A stretch of DNA of 38,220 bases. Source: Octopus bimaculoides. Taxonomy: Eukaryota. The position numbers and the translations under genes were made by a program. Position 1 is the first letter of the stretch; each line of letters begins with the position of its first letter. The notes under the pieces were generated by a model. It had not been told where the DNA came from. It saw nothing but the letters and a program-made list of their open reading frames with translations, and did no database searches. The DNA lies in the NCBI RefSeq assembly GCF_001194135.2, contig NC_069002.1:17657517-17695736 (forward strand), written 5' to 3'. Below are positions 21,785-35,260 of this stretch, one piece after another.

Positions 21785-23140
21785 TGTTATGACAATGTTG
21801 GGGTGTGCACAAGGGTATAGAATAGTATTACCCAAATAAATATTTGGATATGGTTATCTGGAATAACCTTTCACAGAATTAATATGCTCATACAGAACAT
21901 ACTCTGTACTATACCAAACGTAGGTCCGATATTAAACTGACACAGTAATCCAATGTGCACAATCAACACTGTCAATTGCTGACTGTCAACTACCGACAGT
22001 TCACACAGTTTCTTCATTTTATTGAAATGCATCGGTCCACTTTTGGTCAAGTGGGGGTGGTCAGTATCCTTCCACAACATCTCGCATTTTTTGAGAACTA
22101 CCCTCCCATAACTTCTCCCCCTTTTGAGAATTAAACCCTGTCCAGAGTTTAATATCTCTTACACTTAGGGTTTAATTCCAGTATTTCCATTCTTTTCCAT
22201 TTTCTGTTATTTGAATGTGTACTTTCAATTTGAGACCATTTATTCCATACATCTTTTTTAAGGTGATTTATATGTCTTTAAGTTCAAAATATTTTCCTTT
22301 TACCAAGAATTTTTCAATTTGTTTAATAATTACACCATCCTCCCACCTTTCTTTACATATCTATATGATTTTAAAAAAACTTTGTCACCTATCATAAAGA
22401 ATTTTGAAGTATATTTGTTGTTTGCCATTTTTCTTCTTTTACTCAGTATCAACTTATCAAAGATGGATCTAATCTTTCTAGCAAACATTAATTCCACAGG
22501 TGACATTCCAGACAGGGTATTCAGATTAGATGATACTCGGTACACTCTTAGAAATTGTTGAAGTGCTAGGTCATCCATTACTTCAACGTTCACCGTTTTC
22601 TATGCTTTCTTAAAAGTACCAACAAAATGCTCCACTTGTCCATTTGACCTAGGATGATATTGTGGAGTGGTGACATGTTCAATAACGAACATTTTACAAA
22701 ATTTTTTGAACTCATCTGGAGTAAACTGAGTTCCGTTATCAGACACAATAATGTCAGGAATACCATATCTGGTGAACAATTCATGTAAAAAAACTTACTG
22801 TAACTTCAGATGTCAGCTTTTTACATTTATGCACTTCAGGCCACTTAGAAACACTGTATAACACAACAAGGTAATATGAATCCTTAAGTGAACCTATGTA
22901 ATCAACGTGCAGTCTGGTTGATGGAATATCTATTTTTGACCACAGTTGCTATTTTGTGGTTGGTGCTTTTAAAGCTAGGGCACAACTTCTGCAAGCTTTC
23001 ACTAGTTCTTCAATATCACAGTTCATTGTTGGCCAATACGCATAACTTCTCATTAACGATTTCATTCTCAAACTCCCTGGGTGACCAATGAGAAATTCCT
23101 TTAATAATTGCTTGTTGTCGTGTGGCTGGTACTACAACTC
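21785..23140 (-). mobile_element. Gypsy 3' remnant: integrase, PPT and 3' LTR (about 21785-22113)
   Basis: Minus frames GHPG..RMKSLMRSYAYWP, SKWPEV, RYGIPDIIVSDNGTQF, YHPRSNGQVE; PPT aagggggagaag; LTR bounded by (t)gttatg...cataaca. Confidence 0.87.
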
Positions 23141-23540
23141 TTTGTGCATACCGTGATCATTGCCAGAGCAGCTGTCTGGCTTCTGCGCCAGTGGCATGTA
23201 AATAGCACCATTTGAGTGTGATTGTTACCAGCGTCGCCTCACTGGCACGTGAAAAAAACATTCAAGCGAGATCGTTGCCAGTGCCACTGGACTGACTCCT
23301 GTGCAGGCGGCACGTAAAATACACCATTTTGAGCGTGGCCATTGCCAGTACCGCCTGACTGGCCTTCATGCCAGTGGTACGTAAAAGCACCCACTACACT
23401 CTCGGAGTGGTTGGTGTTAGGAAGGGCATCCAGCAGTAGAAATTCTGCCAGATCAGATTGGAGCCTGGTGCAGCCATCTGGCTCGCCAGTCCTCAGTCAA
23501 ACCGTCCAACCCATGCCAGCATGGAAAGCAGATGATGATG
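23140..23540 (+). mobile_element. RTE LINE 3' UTR fragment with internal ~55-bp degenerate repeats and (GAT)n tail
   Basis: 23342-23535 is nearly identical to the reverse complement of 35821-36060. Confidence 0.88.
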
Positions 23541-24516
23541 ATATATATATATATATATATATAATGAGCTTCTTTCATTTTCTGTCTATCAAATTCAAGA
23601 GACTATAGTTGGCCTGGATCTACAGTAGACAATTACCTAGAGTGCCATACAGTGGAGCTGAACCCAAGACCATGTTGTTAGGAAGTGAACTTCTTAACCA
23701 TGTAGCCATGCCTTCACCTATACTAATGCCTGTACCTATAGCCAGGCCTATAGAAAATAAGGTCTCATATATGTATTATAGAGATTCGGAAAACTTTAAG
23801 TAACTGATTACCTATAAAATTAGTAAACAAAATCTCCCTTTAACAGTGCTAAAGGATGTTTAAAATGTAAAAATAACAACGAAAGAGGATAACTCACTAA
23901 CTATCAACTAAATGAAATTTTTGGAATAGAAGAGAGGAGTGATTCTGATCTTTACATTTAAGGAAGAAATAAGTATGCTTCAGACTTATTGGGCCCTCTT
24001 CAATGAAACATTTTCTCAGTTGGCAAGGCTTAAAAGTGATCAGTATATATAGAAATAGAGGGAACACAGTAACACTGATTATTAACATCAACAATATGCT
24101 AAAGGAATTACCCCAAGGGAATGTTCTGCATACAAAATACACATACAATAAAGCCTTACATATGCAAAATAGTAAGATAATGATTTCAATTAATTGAAAT
24201 TATCCAAGCAATTAAGACAAAATCTACCTCAAAAGAGGTTAAAAAAACCAAAACTAAAAATAGCAAACATGGGAGATAACTTCAATAAAATCAGCTAATT
24301 AAAATTTTTGGAAACTAAACATGAAACAAATAGAAGTCAAACTCAGGTTTAAAAACTTGCTTTGATTTACCAATTATTTGTCAATTTAACTAATTATTAG
24401 TCAATGTGCTTTAGAATATTTTTGTTTATCTATTGTTACATTGATACTCTTCAATCATTTGAACAACAAAAATGTGAAACTCAGAGTTATCATTCAGTCT
24501 CAGAGTAAGCTTTAGT

Positions 24517-24706
24517 GCACTGTCATGGTATTAGCTGTCAAAAGATAGACAGACAGACAGACAGATAGATAGATAGACAGACAGGCAGATAGATAGCTCC
24601 GGTCAGTCAGTAGCCAAAGAAACAGATTTCAACTCAAACCAGCAGTAACGTTCCTTGTTTAGATTTTTCTACTTTCACTTCTGACAGCTAATACCATGAC
24701 AGTGCC
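24517..24706. mobile_element. MITE with 24-bp perfect TIRs and 9-bp TSD (Mutator-like)
   Basis: gcactgtcatggtattagctgtca (24517-24540) and tgacagctaataccatgacagtgc (24682-24705); agctttagt at 24508-24516 and 24707-24715. Confidence 0.8.
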
Positions 24707-25549
24707 AGCTTTAGTGTCTAAAACAATACAAACACTCCATTTTGTGTATTGAGTACTTTTTCTCTGTTTGTTAATACAAATGCTTACTTGTCCATATGGA
24801 TTGAAACTGTTCCCCCTTTTATTATCCTAAGCTTATTCATAGACATACACACACAAAAATTATATAATATAAATATATGTGTGTACATGGATAAATGAAC
24901 AGACACACACACATACACACAGTACATACTCAGATACTTGTGTATGTGAATGCACATATGCACAGACATTGACAAGCACTTATTCATATATACACATAGA
25001 AACACAAATGGACACATACACACACACACATAAACTTTCACACAGACTTGTACACTGGTGCATGTACACACACACACACATACACACAGATGCGCATACT
25101 ATTCCATTAAACATATCCTGTTGCTGTCAGTTTTGTTTCTCTCTCTCCCTCTCAGCTTCCCCTCTTCTCTCTCTCTCTCCCTGTTTCACTCTCTTTTATT
25201 TTTCTCCTTCATACTCATCATTGCTACTTATCTTTCTCCTTTTCTTTTCTCGTAATTTCTCCTCTCCCTGCTTCCAATGACTGAGTCTTGACCAATGTTA
25301 AAATAGATGCTTAACATTCCTTTGAATGTGACTGACGAAGCTAAGTGCATGATTCGGAAATAATTTCCAAGCTCAGCCATCCAGATGCATTAGAACAAGA
25401 TTCAGTTGCCTCTAGCTTGGTTTGATTCCTCGAGATTATGGCTTCATCTTGCATAATTTAATTCCTTTTTACAACAGGGTTGGGTTTTATATTAGATCCA
25501 CATACCATACATTAATTGTCTGCATACAGTTGTCTATATCTGTATGTGT

Positions 25550-25551
25550 AT

Positions 25552-25608
<57 letters not shown>

Positions 25609-25634
25609 TGTAAGAGAGAGAGAGAGAAAGAGAG

Positions 25635-25679
<45 letters not shown>

Positions 25680-25758
25680 ACGAAAGAGAGAGAAAGAGAG
25701 AGAGAGAAAGAGAGAAAGAGAGAGAGAGAAAGAGAGGGAGAGAAAGAGAGAGAGAGAA

Positions 25759-25791
<33 letters not shown>

Positions 25792-25794
25792 TAA

Positions 25795-25827
<33 letters not shown>

Positions 25828-25838
25828 AAGAGAGAGAA
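25550..25838. repeat. (TG)n plus (GA/GAAA)n compound microsatellite
   Basis: Directly visible. Confidence 0.95.
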
Positions 25839-26225
25839 AGTTTGCACATACAAGCATATTTGCACACACAAACAGATACATGTACATGTATATATGTATG
25901 CATGTAACCCTATGTATATAAACATATATACAAATAAATGTGTGTATATACACACACACACACTTCATTTCTTTGTATTTAGTTTGTAAGATTCTTGTTG
26001 TGAAACAAATCTTGCTGTGTCTTGGCATAGAGACTTTCACAAGACTCGATAAGATATGTATATAGGGAGAATTCACAAAAAAAAACAAAAGACAAAGACT
26101 GGTGGTGTAGACAACAAACAGATGTATTAGTTTAACACTCAGGAAGTGAAAAAGTCTTTAATGTTTCGAGCCTATGCTCTACAGAAAGGAATATAGAAAG
26201 AAACAAGGAGAGAAAATAAAGAATG

Positions 26226-28816
26226 TGTAGTGGCTAGCAATCTATAATTTTGAATGCTGGACAGAGGGGTCACACAGGAGAGCTAAGAAGAAGGGGAGAT
26301 AATAAAAGTAGTGGTGATCCCAAAATGAAGGTGTGCGTGCGTGTGTGTATGAGAGCGTGTATGTGTGTGTGGAAGAGGGCTATGGTGCAAGTCATTGACA
26401 CCCCTGGCAGGTTGGAGAATGGACTAGCCAAACTCTTATAAAGAGTAGTGGTTGGTAGTAGATGGGGAGAGCATTTTGGTAGTCTAGTGAAGCACATCGT
26501 GTGAACACACTGATTAAACCTCTGTGGTGTAATTTATATATACCAGCCTGTGGCAGGATATAAAAGTAGCGATGAGATATTCAAAGCTTGCGTAGGATGT
26601 TTAAATTTTATTTGTTTGGTATGAAAAAAAAGAAAAAACTATTTAACATGGAAGACTTGTTGGCTTGAGTGGTACAGTAGCAACAGTAACAACAACAGCA
26701 GTTACAACAACAACTACAACAGCAACAACAACAATACCAACAAATTATGGACATTATGCTCACAGGTTCGGATTTCGCTGTAGCTTACCTTGATGAGATA
26801 CTCATAAAAAGTGAATCTAGAGGTCAGCACGCTGAGCATGTTAAAAAGGTCTTTGAAAGAATAAAAGATTATGGGTTTAAGCTCAGCGAAGAAAAGTGTG
26901 AATATTTTTTGCCAAGAATAAAATACCTAGGGCTAATTATTGATGAAAATGGATGCAAACCAGACCTGTCTAGGGCAAGTGCAATAAAAAATATGCCTCC
27001 CCCAGTGAGCATTACATTACAAGCATTTTGGGGACTTGCAAATAACTACCAGGTATACATACTGAATATGCATGATTTAAGAGATGGAACTGGTCAGACA
27101 AATGCCTAAAAGGCTTTGAAGAAATTAAAAACGTCTTAATGTCGGAATTGTTGTTATCACATTTTGAACCAAATTTAAAAATACTAGTAGCAGCAGATGC
27201 TAGTGAAAGTGGTATCGGAGCTGTGATTTTACATAAGTATGAAGATGGTAGCTTGAAAGTAGTAGTTCATGTTTCACATTCATTACTGCCAGATGAGAAA
27301 AGCTACAGTCAAATGGAAAAAGAGGCATTAGCCATCATATTTGTGGTAAAAAAATTCCATAAATTTATACATGGAAGAAGGTCCTGTCTGCAGACAGACC
27401 ACAGCCCATTATTGTTGATCTATGGATCAAAATAGGGTATCCTCACTCATACAGCCAACAGATTGTAGCACTGGGGAATGATCCTACTGAATTACGACTT
27501 CAAGATGGAGTATTTGCCGTTGAAAACATTGGGACATGCAGATGGTTTGTCAAGATTAACACCAAAATACAGTGAACCACTAGAAAACAATGTGATAGTG
27601 GCATTAAAAGCTGAAAATGAAATAAAAAAATGTGCAATGTTGTGTGCGAATTGCCTGTGAAATTGGAGGAAATAAAAATTACGGCAGAGACGGATCAGTT
27701 TATCATAAAAATGTAAAAAAATAGTGAGATCAGAAGAAACAAATAAAAAAATACATGTGACTGGACGTAACACAGACGGTTGTAATGCCTACCTCACTAC
27801 AAGATCAGGTTGCTCTTGGCTCTTGGGCACTATTAGTAATGTGTAACCCAGAACAACCTGTTGTACAATGTCAGTTGCTCTTGGGTGCTACTGGTAATGA
27901 GTAATCCAGTACAACCTGTCGCACTGGTCAGGTTGCTTTTTGGGACGCTACTGGTAACATGTAACCTAGTAGAACCTGTTGCATGCACTGGGACATCAAG
28001 AAACTGGTGAAAGCTGGTAGAGGTGGCATGCTCAGCAGCCAAAGTACCACCAGTAAAATACCTATCATGTCCTATGAGAAGGCAGCACGCCGGCAGAAAT
28101 CATTGAAGAGTTTTGCTAGAGTCCAATAAGAGTCGGTGTGTTAGTTCCGCATTGAACTTGCACCGAACAAGTAAGTTGCCATAATGATAGTTATTCGAAT
28201 TACTGTGTGTTGGTTTCATCGCTAGAATGTGGTAAGGGTTCGATTCCCCCTGCTCACAATATATCAGATGCAACTGTGCAGTGTTAACCAGCTAAAGGAG
28301 ATGTCTTCTTGTGGTTAAAAAATTGCACTAAAGTCCATTTGAGTGAAAAACAAGAGAGCTAACAAGAGTGCTTAGTACAACAGAAAACAAGAGTGCTGTG
28401 TGCAAAAAACGAACAATAGTACCTAAGAGTTGGGTAACAATTAAATTACATCTGGCAATGAGTTGTTAGGATATAAAAGTGACAACATAAAAACAAAATA
28501 AAAATTCTAATTTCTAATTTCAAATTCCAGGCTGATACTGTGTGAAAAAGCCAATACTGTGTAAAAATAGATAAATAAAAATAATAATAATATTAACTTC
28601 AAACGGAAGTCAATCTCAAAGGGGAAGATGTTGTGGCAACAGTCATTGACACCCTTGACAGATTGGAGAATGGACTAGTTGAACTCCTATAACGAGTGGT
28701 GGTCAGTAGTAGTCGGGGAGAGTGTTTTGGCAGTCTTGCGAAGTACATCATGTGAACACATTGATTAAACCTTTGCTGTGTAATTTATATATACCAACCT
28801 GTGGCAGGATATAAAA
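26226..28816 (+). mobile_element. Internally deleted Gypsy element: 5' LTR about 26226-26565, degenerate PBS, RT-RNase H remnant, PPT, 3' LTR about 28629-28816
   Basis: About 190 bp of direct-repeat homology (gtcattgacacc...aatttatatatacca.cctgtggcaggatataaaa). tagcgatgag after the 5' LTR resembles a TGGCGACGAG PBS; PPT aaaggggaaga. ORFs 26747..27109 (AYLDE, KCEYF, KYLG) and 27139..27435 (ADASESGIGAV, EKEALAI, TDHSPL). Confidence 0.85.
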
Positions 28817-28831
28817 ATATATATACATACA

Positions 28832-28866
<35 letters not shown>

Positions 28867-29020
28867 GCATTATATACCATTAGTGTGAAAAATCCTAAAT
28901 GTTAAATTTTACTCATAATTCGCCTGAAGAAAACTATTTTTCACATTATTGTGTAATTGATTTGTTCATCAATAAAAAACACATGTGAAACAGCTATAGC
29001 GAACTTCCGCCCATTTGTGT

Positions 29021-29074
<54 letters not shown>

Positions 29075-29077
<3 letters not shown>

Positions 29078-29287
29078 TAGTACCTCAGTTTTCGAACAAC
29101 TCTGATCACGAATAAATCAGGCTTTATATATGTATAGATAGATGTAGATATATATAAAGCATGATTTATTTGTTATCAGAGGCGTTCGTAAACCAAGGTA
29201 CTACTGTATTAAATGAATATGAGAAAGACAGAAGATAAAGCACGATTTATTTGTGATCAGAGCTGTTCGAAAACCGAGGTACTACTC
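29075..29287. mobile_element. Tigger/pogo-like MITE with ~52-bp TIRs and a duplicated right end
   Basis: TA-cagtagtacctcagttttcgaac left TIR; right TIR copies at 29155-29206 (followed by TA) and 29236-29287. Confidence 0.75.
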
Positions 29288-29313
29288 TGTGTGTGTGTGT
29301 ATATATATATATA

Positions 29314-29717
29314 TACTCTTTACTCGTTTACTTGTTTCAGTCATTTGACTGCGGCCATGCTGGAGCACCGCCTTTAGTCGAGCAAATCGACCCCAGGACT
29401 TATTCTTTGTAAGCCTAGTACTTATTCTATCGGTCTCTTTGTGCCAAACTGCTAAGTTACGGGGACGTAAACACACCAGCATCGGTTGTCAAGCGATGTT
29501 GGGGGAACAAACACAGACACACAAACACACATACATATATATATATATATACATATATACGACGGGCTTCTTTCAGTTTCCGTCTACCAAATCTACTCAC
29601 AAGGCTTTGGTCGGCCCGAGGCTATAGTAGAAGACACTTGCCCAAGGTGCCACGCAGTGGGAATGAACCCGGAACCATGTGGTTGGTAAGCAAACTACTT
29701 ACCACACAGCCACTCCT
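29314..29717 (-). mobile_element. Full-length S1 SINE
   Basis: Reverse-complement homologue of 19720-20128 over its whole length. Confidence 0.92.
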
Positions 29718-30944
29718 GCTATATATATTTGTATATATAAGGAGTTGCTGATAAGTTCCTGATTTTAAGGGTATCACAAGAGACTTGGCTGGAGGCCTGA
29801 TCTTCTGAGTTCTTTTACAAAGCTTAAAAAAAACTGAACCACTACTGCAACAAATTTGTGAATCTGAGAGGAGAATATCTTGAATAAAATCATAATTAAC
29901 TGATCCTCCTGCATCTTTTCCATACCAGCTGCCCCTGAAGAGCATATATATCAAATAACAGCCCAGTTATCTAATATCCAGTACAAAGCCAATTGCTAAG
30001 ATCGGCTGTGAATCTATAATACTGTATACTTTGGTTCATATATATATGTGCCTGTGTGCTTGTGTGTGTATGTGTAGATTATATATGTGTGTGTGTGTTT
30101 GTTTTTATACATATATATTCATATAGACACACACACATAACAAGAGAGGAGATAGTTTTTATATTCCTTTCAATGTATCTATCTGTTTCATCAATGAAAC
30201 ATCCATTATGTAAGGTTATACATTACAAGAAGATTACATCATCAAATCATCATAGTTTATATAACAAAAGAAGAATTATGCTGAAGACACTTTACTGCAG
30301 TTTGAGAGATACATCATTTCTACATAATGTGACTGACTTCTGCTATAATTTTATGGTTAGTCAGACAGCATAATTATTTGGTTACAATGAGTGACATATG
30401 TTTCTGCTGGACATAGTATGTACCATTGCACATGCAACCCAGCATAATCTTCTGTGCACCTTCAGTCAAGGTCCTACAGCATGCGTATTTGTAGCGAAGT
30501 GAGTTAATTCATCTATTTGTGGCTAGTTTACGATACCAAGTGAAGTGATGGGGGGGATATGTTGAAATCCGATATGACTCTAAAATTTATATCTAGGGTG
30601 ACCTCTACTTAACACCAGTGCAGAGCAGAAAATGGGAGTTTAATCTGTATTAAATAAGGTCAAATTGTATCTGGGCATTCCAACATGGTTTTTCCTAGGA
30701 TTAAAGGAGATTGAAAAGAACTGGAGTTGGACTTAGTTATATCGATGGGATGCCATTACTATATTTTATAGTTGTGCACTACTTAGTTGAGTCTTAGGTT
30801 ATTCATAAGTTTCTATACCTCTATGTGTCACTATGATTTATAGGGATGGGGCAAAAAGTAAGATATTTTAAGGTAGTGATAATCATGATATTAAGTTGTG
30901 AGTTAGGCCAGATAATATCCTGATATATACCTTAATAAAGAGTC

Positions 30945-31318
30945 AAAAGTGGTTATTGGAGAATTTCTATGACTTCACAAGCCCCAATTTCTGGCCACCT
31001 AATCCCAATCCTATGGAATACTGTTGAAAAGGACACCAACCACTTTACCTGCAACACCAAGGCTGAACTGATGGCCAAGATCAAAGGGGTGTTTGAAGAT
31101 CTTCCCAGGGACACAGTGAGGAACACACGCACCAGGTTCCAGAGCCATTTTGAGGCCATGGTGAAATCTGAAGGGTGGAAGAGACTTTGAGTGAATTGCT
31201 ATCTCCCAGCCATAACCAAGTTGATATATTTTGATTTTTTTAAATGTATTTTTGGATGGGATATTGTGCTTTCCTTTCCTTTTATGCAAACTGTCAAATT
31301 TAGCCTGAACACTCTGTA
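30945..31318 (+). mobile_element. 3' part of a Tc1/mariner (maT-like) element
   Basis: WLLENFYDFTSPNFWPPNP...WNTVEKDTN..TCNTKAELMAKI...FEAMVKSEG; ends with a ctgta TIR terminus. Confidence 0.72.
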
Positions 31319-31917
31319 TATAATATATATTAAAGAGAGTAATATGAATTAATGGACTTACAAGGGGACAGGAATTATGTAATCACCTTTATTGGCCTAT
31401 AGCTGTTTCTGCTATAAATTGCTGGCTTTGTGCCAAAATTTGAAACCAATATATTATGCAGACTGTGACAAATAAACCATTCAACAATATGCACAAGTCC
31501 TGAAATTTTGTAGAGAAGGGGCTTATCAATTACATCAACTCCAGTATTTGACTGGTACTTATTTCATTGACCCTGAAAGGATGAAAGGCAAAGTGGACCC
31601 CACAAGGCCAGCATACAGTCAAAGTTGAACCCTTGTGCATCACCTCATAGTTTCCTCAGCACCTTTAAAAACATATATCATCATCATCTTATGTCCACTG
31701 TCCATGTTAGCATGGGTTAGAAGGAATGTCAAATCCAAGCCGGTTCTTAGTGTATTTGGAGATTCTAGTCCTAAAGAGGTCAGAGAATCAAATCCCACTT
31801 GCAAGCTTCATTACTGGTGTGGTTCTTGTAGCTGGAGGCCCTTCCTAAGACCAAGAACTTCATAAACTGTACTGAATTGTGAACACCACCAAGATGTTTT
31901 GAGTTTGTGTGTATGTG

Positions 31918-31960
<43 letters not shown>

Positions 31961-32445
31961 ATGTGCACACATATATGCACAAAAGTTGCAGATAACCAAA
32001 TCAAAAGGGTTCTAGATAATCAACCAAGAGGTTGATGCTCATATCTTTACATGAGTGCTACACCGAAGTGAGTTCACTTTGCACCCACCTCCAGAATCTA
32101 TGGTTATGTAGAAACAGACTGGACAATGGAAAGTGTGTGACATGCTCAGACTGCTGCACCACACAACATACAAATAACCACCACATAACAGACTGTGCAG
32201 TATGGTTCTCAACTAGGAAGATGTATGGTATATACAAAAGTGCTATGGATCTGTAAACTGCACAATGCCATGTGTGTGCCTCTGTGTATGTGTGTGTGTG
32301 TATATGAATAAAAGATAAACATCAGTGAATACCTGATAAATTGGAGCATCAAATAAATAATATAGCAAGTGTTAATTATTCCACCAATGTTTCAAAGATG
32401 CTACCTTTCTTACTTATTAGTCCATTGGAAGCCTGTAAAACCAAT

Positions 32446-32899
32446 AAGGCAGCAAGCTGGCAGAATTGTTAGCATACCAAAGTGCTTAGCAGTATTTCAT
32501 TTGCCTCTATGACCTGAGTTCAAATTCTGCAGGAGCCCACTTTACCTTTCATCCTTTCAGCATCAATGAAATAAGTACCAGTCACGTACTGAGGTTGATG
32601 TAATTGATAAGCCCTTTCTCCACAAAATTTCAAGACCTCTGCCAATTGTGGAAAGGATTATTTGTCACAAGCTACATAACAGATTGGTTTCAAATTTTGG
32701 CACAAGAACAGCAATTTTCAAGGAGGGGATAAGTCGATTACATTGACCCCAGTAATCAACTGGTAACTGGTACATATTTTATCAACCCCGAAAAGATGAA
32801 AGGTAAAGTCAACCTTGGCAAAATTCGAACTCAGAACATAAAGACAGACAAAATGGTGCTGAGCATTTTGTCCAGTCTGCAAATGATTCTTCCAGCTGC
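32446..32899. mobile_element. Two S2 SINEs tail-to-tail (32446-32665 plus, 32682-32899 minus)
   Basis: Head ggcagcaagctggcagaattgttagc on the plus copy and its inverse gattcttccagctgcc at the far end. Confidence 0.82.
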
Positions 32900-35260
32900 C
32901 ATTTTAAGCTACATAATATATTTTTAAAAAAGACAGGAAGAGGTCTCTGGTTTCCAAAATAAGCTGTCCCCCCGCCCCCAGCTCTACAAGCTGTAGAAAC
33001 CTGCAAAATGTTAATGTTACCCTTCCTCTTTTGATGAAGCCATAAAGAAAAAAAAGATTTTTCTAAACTATGTTCCAATAATACTTCAGTCATTATGTCA
33101 TGCTACTGAACAAGGGACTTAACTCTGCTTGCTCCAGTTTGCCTGACTGACAAAATAATGTTCCACTCCTAATTCACAGATGAGTGGCTAGCAGTAAGGA
33201 GGGCATCCAGCCATAAAAACAATCGCTTCAACAAGAAACTCTGTTAACCATGCAAGCATAGACAAAAATGGATGCAAAACAGTAAAAGAAAATATATAAA
33301 TGTGTATGGTGTGTATATGTGTGATGATGTATGTGTGTATGTAAGTTAGTAGGTATATCAAAGTCTGTGTATATGCATTTGTAATTTTATGAGTATGTGA
33401 GCATTTATCTCTATGAACATAACCATACAGAAAAATTGGTTGATGTGTGAGTGTCCATGTATGTGTGCGTGCATTTGTCTGTAGTGTGTGCGCTATTATA
33501 TATATGTGCAGTGATCTGTGAGTATTAATGTGCTTGTACATGTGCATGTGTTTTTGTGTGTGTTAGTGTATGTGTATACTAGTCTGTGAATGTATTTCTG
33601 TGTATCAGTTCAAGTACACATCTATGTATGTGCATGTGAGCATGAATGAGTATGTACATGAATACATGTAAGCACTTATCTGGAATGTATTTGCGAGTAT
33701 ATATACATGTGTGTCTATATATGCACATATGCATTTGTACATTTATGTGTATATGCAAATCTATATGCATGTGCATGTATATCTATGTGTGCCTGTACCA
33801 TAAATCAATATTTATACAACTCACTGCCAGTATACATATGCGTATAGTTACTTACTGACTGACATCGCCATGTTTAAACCCATAAATATATTGTATGTGT
33901 ACGTATTGTATACATAAGAAAATGTATACTTAAGCAGAAGTATGTATGAATTTAGTATGCATATATAAATCTACATGCACAGCATGCTATATGTGAATAT
34001 AAGTATGCCTACATGTGTAGGTCAGTGCATGACTTGCTATATCTTTGTATATTATATGCTGATATTATATTTCCAAATATATGTGTATGAGTGTATATAC
34101 CAATTTGTACATTGTAGTTTGATGTATAACAGCAGGTCATTTTTGGCCAAGGAGACCTATGATAAAAGGCATTTCAGCCATGGCAGTTCTGTCTATTTTG
34201 TAGCAGTTTATCTCAATACCTTAATCTATGTGGCAGCTATTCCTAGTAGATCATATACTTAAATACAAGCTATGTCTGTACATAGGTAAATATGTTTATA
34301 TAATTCTACAAGAGTAGATACAACTCTAAATATACAGATACATCTATGAAAGTCTGTGAATATAATACATATCTATCTGTTTACATTAGAGCATATTAAT
34401 TTGTGGTTGCATGTATACATAAATTTGCAAGTTAGGGAAGTGTATGTGGATATGTACATGTGTCTCTGCAAAGTTCATGTGTGTGTGTATGTATGTATGT
34501 ATGTGTGTGTGTGTATGTATATATATATANNNNNNNNNNNNNNNNNNNNNNNNNNNNNNNNNNNNNNNNNNNNNNNNNNNNNNNNNNNNNNNNNNNNNNN
34601 NNNNNNNNNNNNNNNNNNNNNNNNNNNNNNNNNNNNNNNNNNNNNNNNNNNNNNNNNNNNNNNNNNNNNNNNNNNNNNNNNNNNNNNNNNNNNNNNNNNN
34701 NNNNNNNNNNNNNNNNNNNNNNNNNNNNNNNNNNNNNNNNNNNNNNNNNNNNNNNNNNNNNNNNNNACACACACACACACACACACACAAACAACGGTCT
34801 TCTTCCAATTTCTGTCTACCAAATCCACTCACAAGGTTTTGGTTGGCCTGAGGTTATAGTAGAAGACACTTGCTCAAGGTGCCATGCAGTGGGACTGAAC
34901 CTGTAACCATGTGGTTGGGAATCAAGCTTCTTACCACATAGCCATGTATGGTCATTATCATCTAACAACTATGCTCAATGCTGGCAAGGGTTGGATGGGT
35001 TACAGTATATCTTATGTATGCACTGCCGGGGCATATTTGTATATAAAGGGTTTTAGTCAAACAAACACAGATATAAAGGCTCACACACACACACACATAA
35101 GCTAGCAACTCAGTTCACCTCCAATTCTGTTTGGGTACATTGTGTTGATAAGCCAGAAAAACAGTGAATCATCCACGTCCATCACTCTTGAATGGAGTGA
35201 CTTATCTCACCTGTCTATGACTTTCAGCTTTTTTAACACTTGGTACTTTGGAGGAGTCAT

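Noticed and set aside
25487-26088. HT/SL/ER dipeptide-repeat ORFs (also at 16400-17060 and 33200-33860)
   Set aside because: Dinucleotide microsatellite artefacts.
22130-27700. Idea that the integrase remnant (minus) and the RT-RNase H remnant (plus) are halves of one inverted element
   Set aside because: Their associated LTR sequences do not align.
27805-27991. CRISPR-like appearance of palindromic repeats
   Set aside because: Eukaryotic LTR context, degenerate repeats, no unique spacers, no cas genes.
28205-28260. tRNA-like ggttcgattcc B box
   Set aside because: I could not build a cloverleaf or acceptor stem; at most a decayed tRNA-derived fragment. SINE heads were likewise not called as tRNA genes.
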